From NCBI RefSeq assembly GCF_900167395.1, contig NZ_FUWK01000021.1:14225-46224 (forward strand): DNA of 32,000 nt, in the 5' to 3' direction. A program made the position numbers and the translations under genes. The notes under the pieces are model-generated. The model ran no database searches and had not been told where the DNA came from. It worked only from the letters and a program-made list of their open reading frames with translations. The stretch comes from Nitrosomonas europaea (GTDB lineage Bacteria > Pseudomonadota > Gammaproteobacteria > Burkholderiales > Nitrosomonadaceae). Within the stretch, counting starts at the first letter, position 1; each line of letters begins with the position of its first letter. Positions 15,533 to 22,560 of the stretch are shown in pieces.

Positions 15533-15988
15533 TCATGCACGCTTGGCTCCCGCTGCCTTGTGGCGAACAATGCGGGCATCCATTCGGGCCATGACTTCAT
15601 CGTGCGGGATGCCTGGCCGGGGGTCGTCGATGGCTTCCTGAATCTCAGCAGCAAGCCACTCGTTATAGGCGGCCGCTTCATGAGCCTTGTGTAGTGCTTT
15701 GGCACGATTATCACTGGAACGTGCTACTGGCTCACGTTCGTCCGGGTTCCATTCGCTGGCATCAAACTGACCGATAGTAATACCCACCTCACGCAGCACA
15801 TTTAAGGCAGCAGCCGGGTTGCCGAAGCGACGCGGTTCACTGTTGCGAGCCTTCGTCAGAATAGCTGCGACACCGCTGCGCGTGTTGATCTGAACAAGGA
15901 ATGCACCGCCTTGCCCTTTCAGAGTTACACTCGAAACGCCACCGGTTTCACTGGCCGTCCGAAGCTGTTCAAGAGTCATGCTTCGCAT
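15533..15988 (-). CDS. Putative antitoxin: N-terminal domain of unknown function fused to a ParD/'stability determinant'-like C-terminus
   Basis: The start is taken at the ATG at 15988, preceded by SD aaggagag; the ORF track extends to 16012. The C-terminal AAYNEWLAAEIQEAIDDPRPGIPHDEVMARMDARI resembles antitoxins paired with RelE/ParE toxins. It lies 25 nt upstream of the parE ATG. I do not recognise the N-terminal ~85 aa (TLEQLRTASETGGVSSVTLKGQGGAFLVQINTRSGVAAILTKARNSEPRRFGNPAAALNVLREVGI) as a standard antitoxin DNA-binding fold. Confidence 0.6.
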   Translation of the reverse strand: MRSMTLEQLRTASETGGVSSVTLKGQGGAFLVQINTRSGVAAILTKARNSEPRRFGNPAAALNVLREVGITIGQFDASEWNPDEREPVARSSDNRAKALHKAHEAAAYNEWLAAEIQEAIDDPRPGIPHDEVMARMDARIVRHKAAGAKRA

Positions 15989-16069
15989 ATTTCTCTCCTT
16001 ACCGTAGCGCAATACCTACGTAAATTGGTGCATTACTTATTAAAAATGTGCAAACCCTGATGGGGAACG

Positions 16070-16180
16070 ATGAGTGGAATTCGAGATTTAGAGTTGCTGA
16101 GGAACTTCTGTCAAACCCTTCATGAGCCGCATTACAGGCAGAATTGTGATGATCGCAAGAAGCATAGCAGGATGCGGTGA
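16070..16180 (+). other. Copy B of the short conserved element; possible 36-aa small ORF
   Basis: It reads ATG-MSGIRDLELLRNFCQTLHEPHYRQNCDDRKKHSRMR*, with gggga 4 nt upstream of the ATG. It shares the core ...LHEPHYRQN[H/C]DDRKK... with copy A. It is divergent from the antitoxin gene. Confidence 0.3.
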
Positions 16181-16265
16181 GGTACGAACCGCATCTACAT
16201 GCTAAGTAACGTTGATTGATGGTTCCTGCGCTCCGGCAGCCAGTATGCCCCGCTAGAGCTAGGCA

Positions 16266-16396
16266 GGTTGCATTCCCATGCAGAGCATGGGAACGATCAA
16301 CCATATCTTACAGATGAACAAAAGTGTGTCATTGCGAACCCCGAAGGCCTCGCGATGACAGCGGTTAGGGTTCTCCGGGCTCTATTTTGAGCCCGG
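16266..16396. repeat. Cluster of three stem-loops downstream of the TBDT-4 stop
   Basis: Hairpin 16266..16302 is ggttg-ca-ttcccatgc-aga-gcatgggaa-cgat-caacc (perfect 9-bp inner stem, 5-bp outer stem). Hairpin 16328..16359 is gtcattgcga-N12-tcgcgatgac (9/10 bp). Hairpin 16373..16396 is tccgggctc-tatttt-gagcccgga (9 bp). None has a clear U-tract. Confidence 0.55.
16306..16321. repeat. Right copy of the direct repeat flanking the ParE cassette
   Basis: tcttacagatgaacaa lies immediately after the 16266..16302 hairpin. Its partner is 15153..15170. Confidence 0.5.
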
Positions 16397-17980
16397 AATA
16401 TCAAGCTAGAACGCTAAAACATCGTACTGACGGAAAATGCAACAGTTCTTGGTACGCCTAAATAAGTAGCCTCTTGCCAATAGTTCTTGCCGGTCAGATT
16501 GATGACGTTCAGACGTACGGTCAATGCTTTATCGAGTACACGGGTGGTATATCGCGTGCCTATATCGTACAAGGTATAGCTTGGGATCTTGTCAGTATTG
16601 GCCGCATCGGCATATTTTTCACCGGTATAGTAAATACCGCCGGTCAAACTCAACCCTGGAGCCCATGGCAGCGCGTATTCTGCATAAATCTTGCCCATCC
16701 GAGAAGCAGCATTGGTTGGTTTGTTGCCTTCAATAGCAGGATTATTGGATTTCTCCACACCGATATCCATCAAGGTACCGCCCCCGATGATAGTCAAATT
16801 ATCTGTTACCTTCCCGGTCAGGATCAGTTCCACGCCGTTATGAACATGCAAACCATCCTGGACATAAGTCGGGATTGGCGCTGCATTATTTGAATATTGA
16901 TTGGCTTTTTCGATTCGGAACAGTGCAGTACTCAACAATAAATTAGGATTGATATCGTATTTTAAACCTGCTTCATACTGCTTGCTGACCAGTGGCGGGA
17001 GTGCTTCTCCATAATTAGCATAAGTACTACCTACTATCGTACCTTGTTCAAGCGCTTCCATATAGGAGACATAGGTGGTTACTGTTTCAATTGGTTTATA
17101 CATTAATGAAACGGTGGGGGTCAGTGCAGATTTTTCATAGTCAATATCACCAAAACTACGGAATGCTTTAGTTACTGTAGTACCATAGTTAAATCCGATC
17201 ATTGCAGACCACTGGTCGTTGAAGGTAATATTATCCCCAATCAGAATATTGTTATACCGGTAAGTCCAAACAGGCAACTTTGGTTCGTTTCCAATAGCTC
17301 CTCCCCAGTTAGGTTCAGGTATGTTTTTCAGTTCATTCAATGAAAGGCTGCTCGTCCCGTTTTGACGAATGCAACAGTCATCACTCATAAGATAATCCCA
17401 AACAGTAGAAGAATAGCCCACGGTCAGCTTATGGTCGATCGTAAAAGTTGAAAATCGAGTGTCCAGGTAGATATATCCTCCGTAATTTTCATGCTTTTCA
17501 TTTGCTGTATCCGTGAGTACTTGGGTAAAAGTCTTCTCCACCTGTTCATTTAATTGTATCCGACTGGCTCTCATATGGGTATTCTGATAGAAAAAAGCAC
17601 TTCTGAGAGTGAAATATTTACTGGGATCCCAGCGCAGGCTGGTGTAGGTTTTGTGGCTTTCTACGTCGTTGGAGGCCCATTTTGGGGAGTAACGTTTACT
17701 GGTATCGATCCCAGTTCTATTCCTTACATTATTAAATGTAGGTTGTGTTGCTTCTTTTCTATAGTCGTTATAGGTATATTTGACATCGGCATAAAGGGTA
17801 TCGGTAAGATGGCCGTCCAGCACGATATTGGCCACTTTCTGGGTAACCGGCTCACCGATGGCAGTATCCCCGCCCTGATAGAGCAGATTGGCCCGGTAAC
17901 CGAAACGACCTCGGTCGTCGAATTTTCCACCAACATCGGCATGGCCGTAAAATTGTGTGCCGCCATAATTACCAAACGTT

Positions 17981-19758
17981 GACGCTGTAGGAAAACCTAA
18001 GCCTATTGGTTTTTCCGTGGAATAATCAGGATTGGTGAAGATTATCAGGAGATATAGGATGGCGCGATTCAAACCGGTTCAAAAGGGCCTGATGCTGTTA
18101 CCTGTTGATTTCTCCCGGCAGATTATTCCAGGCAGTTTCGAACACGCCTTATGCTATCTCGTCGATCATGAATTGGATTTTAGCGGTCTACGTGAGCGTT
18201 ACCGGAACAATACGCAAGGAGCTCCCGCTTATGATCCTGCTGTACTGCTCAAGATCATTTTGCTGGCTTACAGTCGCGGTCTGATTGGCAGCCGCCGAAT
18301 CGAGGCGATGTGTCGACAGAATATATTGTTCATAGCGGTTGCCGGGGACAATCAACCTCATTTCACTACCTTGGCGGCATTTATTGCCGAACTAGGCGAT
18401 GAAGTGGCAAAATTATTCGCCCAAGTGCTAGTGGTGTGCGACCGGCAAGGGTTGATTGGCCGGGAATTGTTTGCGATAGATGGTGTGAAGTTACCTTCCA
18501 ACGCCAGTAAGGCCAAGAGTGGTACACGTGCAGACTACCAGCGCCAGGCTGAAAAGATGGAAAAGGCTGCGAAGCAGATGCTGGTACGTCACCGGGAGAT
18601 AGATATGACCCCTGTGGATGAACGCCAAGCCCAACGAGAAGCCTGCATGCTGGAACGATTGCAAAAGGAAGCGAAACAACTCAAAGACTGGCTGGCGGCT
18701 AACCCGGAAGATCGCAAGGGGCCAAAGGGGGGTGTACGCCAATCCAACCTCACTGACAATGAATCGGCCAAAATGGCTACGGGCAAGGGCGTCATCCAGG
18801 GATACACAGGTGTAGCGGTAGTGGATGAGAAACACCAGATCATTCTGGATGCGCAGGCTCATGGCACCGGTTCAGAACAAGAATTGCTTGTTCCAGTGGT
18901 CCAGGCCATCAAGCCACAAATGAGCAATCAAACTGTTATTACCGCTGACGCTGGCTATCATTCTGAAAACAACCTCAAGATGCTGGCAGCAGAGGGCATC
19001 GACACCTACATTCCCGATAACGGCTACCGCAAGCGTGACGAACGCTACCATGGGCAAGAGGCACATAAGACCAAGCCCGATCCACTCTGGGATAAGCGTG
19101 GACAACCTTCGATCTCGAAACGGTTTGGTCCAGGTGACTTCCAGCTTGCCGAGGATGGCTCGCACTGTCTCTGCCCGGCTGGCAAACGACTCTATTCGAA
19201 CGGTTCGAACTGCACCTTCAACGGCTATGCAGCGATGAAGTTTCGAGGTGCCGAGCGGGATTGCCTGCCTTGCACCCTCCGGACTCAGTGTTTACGTACA
19301 CCGGAGAAAACCAAGACCCGGCAGGTTGCATTTTTCCGAGGCAAACGCGACGGCTATGAAACCCATACTGACCGGATGAAGCGGAAGATCGACTCTGATC
19401 AGGGCCGACAGATGATCACCCGCCGCTTTGCGACGGTCGAACCAGTATTCGGTAACCTCCGCAATAACAAACGCCTTGATCGATTTACCCTGCGGGGTCG
19501 GAGCAAAGTAGACGGACAATGGAAACTATACTGTCTGGTTCACAACATTGAGAAGCTTGCCCATTATGGGGTAGGCCAATGAAAATAGGGGATCAAAGAC
19601 AAAATACGCTGTTCATGTACCTATGCGCATCAGGCCAGGTATAAACAATACGTTGGCACTATGAATATAGTTCTGAAAAACCCAATTTCCTGCTTGTCAA
19701 AGTATTTCAAAAATTTAAAGCTTGGATAACGCCTGAAAAACGAGTTTTTCTACATCCT
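17981..19758 (+). mobile_element. IS1182-family insertion sequence (~1.78 kb) with 4-bp target-site duplication CGTT
   Basis: CGTT is present at 17977..17980 and 19759..19762. The imperfect terminal inverted repeats are gacgcTGTAGgAAAAC (left) and aggaTGTAGaAAAAC (reverse complement of the right end). The element has a single transposase ORF. The exact ends are uncertain by about 1 nt. Confidence 0.8.
18059..19582 (+). CDS. IS1182-family (IS5-like DDE) transposase
   Basis: The ATG at 18059 follows SD caggaga; the track ORF begins at a TTG at 18032. The N-terminus reads MARFKPVQKGLMLLPVDFSRQIIPGSFEHALCYLVDHELDFS...YDPAVLLKIILLAYSRGLIGSRRIE, and the C-terminus reads FGNLRNNKRLDRFTLRGRSKVDGQWKLYCLVHNIEKL. 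Both are typical of IS1182-type transposases. The family call is from memory. Confidence 0.8.
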   Translation: MARFKPVQKGLMLLPVDFSRQIIPGSFEHALCYLVDHELDFSGLRERYRNNTQGAPAYDPAVLLKIILLAYSRGLIGSRRIEAMCRQNILFIAVAGDNQPHFTTLAAFIAELGDEVAKLFAQVLVVCDRQGLIGRELFAIDGVKLPSNASKAKSGTRADYQRQAEKMEKAAKQMLVRHREIDMTPVDERQAQREACMLERLQKEAKQLKDWLAANPEDRKGPKGGVRQSNLTDNESAKMATGKGVIQGYTGVAVVDEKHQIILDAQAHGTGSEQELLVPVVQAIKPQMSNQTVITADAGYHSENNLKMLAAEGIDTYIPDNGYRKRDERYHGQEAHKTKPDPLWDKRGQPSISKRFGPGDFQLAEDGSHCLCPAGKRLYSNGSNCTFNGYAAMKFRGAERDCLPCTLRTQCLRTPEKTKTRQVAFFRGKRDGYETHTDRMKRKIDSDQGRQMITRRFATVEPVFGNLRNNKRLDRFTLRGRSKVDGQWKLYCLVHNIEKLAHYGVGQ

Positions 19759-20755
19759 CGTTAGTCTTCTTAGGGGGATATCGGTTGGGCTTTTGGTGAC
19801 GTAATTTATTGCCCCACCTACTCTACCACCCCCATAAAGAAAGCCTGAGGTTCCGCTAAGAATTTCAACCCGATCGATCTCGATAACTGATACAGCAGAG
19901 CCATTTCCAGCAGCCATAGGTATGCCATCATAGATCGGATTAGCTGATTGAAATCCTCGTATAGTGACAAAGGGAACACCGGTAAAATTCTGGATATTTG
20001 GTTCTTGAGTCAGAGGGTTCATTTTGAAGATCTGCCCCATGTTTTGGGCGTTGATGTTTTCTATTAGATCTGAGGGAACGATACTCATCGAGTACGGCGT
20101 ATCACGCAAACTACGTTCATCCCATAAACCAATCCCGCTGATGTTACTGACCCGATAACCTTCTTCTGTTGTGCCTTGTTTCAGGGAAGCGGTGCTGACT
20201 GTCATCAGGGGCAGTGTTTGCCCAGTGATGATGGGCGCTCGCTGCAGGACGTAGCCAGCATCGGTTTTACGGATTTGATAGCCGCTGCCCGCCAGAAGCG
20301 TGGCGAACCCTGTTTCGATACTATAGCTGCCTGTCAGGCCGGGTGTCTGTAACCCCTTGAGCTGGTCGGCTTTTATCGATATCGCCACACCGGATTGCCG
20401 GGCAAAGCGGCTGAGCGCATCGATCAGCGAGCCGGCTGGAATATCATAATGAATGGTCGTATTGCGAGTCTGAATCTGATCAGAATGATGATCGGCTGCG
20501 ATGACTGTGGCAGCCGGCACAGAATGGATGACAATGCCGAGTACAATACAGCAGAGCGTAATGGAAACCCGAGGTTGCATGGTTAAAAAATCCCCTTATT
20601 AACGTTTCGTATAGGCAGTAGTGAACGAAAGCGGAAATAAGGATATGCCGGTACAACCTTCCCTATTGGCTATGCGCCGTTGATGCGGCCCGTATTTGCG
20701 CTTTCAATCACCTTGACGGATGAAGCGCAAAAACACGAACCAGTTTTAAAAATTT

Positions 20756-21787
20756 TTATTCAGATGCGGGCGCCAAATCCACCAGCACCAGATAGGGGGT
20801 AAGCGTGCGTATACGGATCATGGGCAGGCTATCGACCAGCAACTGCAGTGCGCGGTCGGTATCGTCCAGCGGCAGGACGACTGCCATGTCGATTCCCTGA
20901 AGCTGCGCACGGTCATAAAGAATATGACCACGGCGGTGGCGATTCAACTCGTCCAGCACTTCGGTCAGCGGCCGATTCTGGACGACGAGATGACGATACT
21001 GCCAGGCATCTGAAATAGTACGTGTATCGATCGTTTCAATGGCACTCACTCCCTGGGCAGTGATATGGATACGTTCACCTGCCTGGACGAGGGTGCTCTC
21101 GTGGCTGTGTTCTGCTCGCTGCTCAGCAGTCTGTACGGATACTTTCGATTCGAGCATGGTCAGTGTCGTCGTCTGTTCGTGTCGATCCACCACGAAACGT
21201 GTTCCGAGTGCCTGAATGCTGCCTTCCGCTGTTTCGATCAGGAAAGGCCGGTCAGTATCCTGTGCAACATCGACCAGTATTTCGCCTTTGATCAGCTCCA
21301 GTATGCGGCGCTCTATATCGAAGTGCAGATTCACTGCGCTGATGCTGTTGAGCGTGATGCGAGTTCCGTCAGGCAGGTCATGGGTTTGCCATTGCCCGGT
21401 CGTCGTGCGTAAATCGGCCATCAGATAAGCTGGCGGGTAAATCTGCAGAAGTTGCCAGGCCGGCAACAGCAATGCGCAGGCAACGACAAGCGTGGCAACC
21501 GTTTTTCTGAAACGGCGGCGGGAACGGTTTCCTTCAGCCAGTGCTGCTTTCAGTGCGGCATGGGCCGGTTCAGGATTGCCATGGGTCGTGGCACGAACCT
21601 CATTGACCCGGCCGATGACCTGCTGCAGGCTGGCGGCTGCTTCCGCATGGAGAGGGTGCTGCTTTTTCCAGACTTCGAAACCGGATTGCGCCTGCTCGCG
21701 CTCGGTGGCATCGCCAGCGGTAAGTCGTACGATCCAGTCCGCTGCCTGTTCGGCAATATCGTCAGGAATCGGTTGTTTCTCCGGCAT
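20756..21787 (-). CDS. FecR-family anti-sigma factor / sensor (pair 2)
   Basis: The start is taken at the ATG at 21787 (MPEKQPIPDDIAEQAADWIVRLTAGD...WKKQHPLHAEA); the track ORF starts at a GTG at 21829. It has a TM segment (TVATLVVACALLLPAW) and a FecR domain (ALGTRFVVDRH). Confidence 0.88.
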   Translation of the reverse strand: MPEKQPIPDDIAEQAADWIVRLTAGDATEREQAQSGFEVWKKQHPLHAEAAASLQQVIGRVNEVRATTHGNPEPAHAALKAALAEGNRSRRRFRKTVATLVVACALLLPAWQLLQIYPPAYLMADLRTTTGQWQTHDLPDGTRITLNSISAVNLHFDIERRILELIKGEILVDVAQDTDRPFLIETAEGSIQALGTRFVVDRHEQTTTLTMLESKVSVQTAEQRAEHSHESTLVQAGERIHITAQGVSAIETIDTRTISDAWQYRHLVVQNRPLTEVLDELNRHRRGHILYDRAQLQGIDMAVVLPLDDTDRALQLLVDSLPMIRIRTLTPYLVLVDLAPASE

Positions 21788-21801
21788 GGGCAGGCTGCCG
21801 T

Positions 21802-22317
21802 TTAATCGGTGAGCGCCCGGTGGCAGCACAGCAGTGCCTGTGCCAGATATTTCTGCACCATGCGCACTGAAACACCGAGCCTGGCAGCAATGGCCGGCTG
21901 GGTTTCATCGAGGAGATAATGTTGCAGAAAAGCTTCACTGGCATTTGCCGGCAAGCTTTGCAGAGCATCACTGAGTTGTTTCAGTGCTTCCAGTGCCATC
22001 AGAATGGCTTCCGGTGAGGGTGCACCTTCCATCGTGGCCGTCATCAGCGCAAGTTCATCCAGATAGGACTGCTCGACCCGTCGATGACGGGCACGATCGA
22101 TCAGCAATCGTTTTGCGGTAGTCGTCAGGTAGGCACGCGGTTTAGTCAGCCCTGTCAGCACCTCTCCGGAATTCAGGATACGCAGAAAAGTATCATGCAC
22201 GAGATCAGCCGCCTGTTCACTGCAGCCCAGCTTTTTGCATAACCACCCGCGCAGCCATCGGTGATGGTCGCTGTAAAGGGTTTCTACCTGTTTGCAGTGG
22301 ATATCGGGCGGAGGCAT
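21802..22317 (-). CDS. FecI-type ECF sigma factor (pair 2)
   Basis: The start is taken at the ATG at 22317 (MPPPDIHCKQVETLYSDHHRWLRGWLCKKLG); the track ORF begins at a GTG at 22362. Region 2 reads DLVHDTFLRIL, and region 4 reads QPAIAARLGVSVRMVQKYLAQAL. Confidence 0.88.
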   Translation of the reverse strand: MPPPDIHCKQVETLYSDHHRWLRGWLCKKLGCSEQAADLVHDTFLRILNSGEVLTGLTKPRAYLTTTAKRLLIDRARHRRVEQSYLDELALMTATMEGAPSPEAILMALEALKQLSDALQSLPANASEAFLQHYLLDETQPAIAARLGVSVRMVQKYLAQALLCCHRALTD

Positions 22318-22366
22318 GGAAGCCAGTGTTGTAATAGCGTTGACTGGATACAGGAAATGCACGAAT

Positions 22367-22385
22367 AAGAATTGTTCGCATTGTA
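22367..22385. promoter_or_regulatory. Weak Fur-box-like site upstream of the sigma-2 gene
   Basis: The minus strand reads tacAATGcgAAcaATTcTt, about 11/19 to the consensus. It lies 50-68 nt upstream of the ATG at 22317. Confidence 0.3.
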
Positions 22386-22560
22386 AGGGTGAACGGGTAT
22401 TTTCTGCAATGCAAATCAGGATGTGGAAAGATATGCCACGCTCTGTGGGATAACCAGCGAAAGCGAATCAGAGATTTTTATCCGGGGGGAGAAGCGTGCC
22501 GGCAATCCAACCAGACCAGCCATGCGCCCGCCCTCGGGAGCTACTAAAAACCGTGGTAGT

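Larger units (their letters stand above)
16414..20580 (-). pseudogene. STN-type TonB-dependent receptor (TBDT-4) split by an IS1182-family insertion
   Basis: The N-terminal fragment is 19759..20580 (STN IHYDIPAGSLIDALSRFARQSGVAISI..., plug, ...NYVTKSPTDIPLRRLT). The C-terminal fragment is 16414..17976 (FGNYGGTQFYGHADVGGKFDDRGRFGYRANLLYQGG... ending VSTMF). Removing 17981..19762 joins them in frame as ...PLRRLTFGNYGG..., which is exactly the sequence found in paralogue TBDT-6. The restored product would be about 794 aa. Confidence 0.9.

Noticed and set aside
15999-16304. 101-aa minus-strand ORF between the antitoxin gene and TBDT-4
   Set aside because: It is Cys/His/Ala-rich with no motifs. 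It spans the hairpin cluster and element copy B, and would overlap the antitoxin promoter region.
16266-16369. Possibility that the hairpin + repeat is an integron attC site, making the ParE module a gene cassette
   Set aside because: There is no RYYYAAC / GTTRRRY core pair in the right positions. The nearest candidate, GTTAGGG at 16363..16369, breaks the consensus. The flanking direct repeats are not attC-like, and no intI gene is in the window.
16474-17982. Plus-strand ORFs 16474..16893 (139 aa), 16524..16736 and 17554..17982 (142 aa), and minus ORF 17724..17975
   Set aside because: They are shadow ORFs within the C-terminal fragment of TBDT-4.
18491-19519. Minus-strand ORFs 18491..18862, 18589..18843, 18872..19165 and 19292..19519, and plus out-of-frame ORFs inside the IS
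   Set aside because: They are antisense or out of frame to the 507-aa transposase. IS1182-type elements encode a single transposase.
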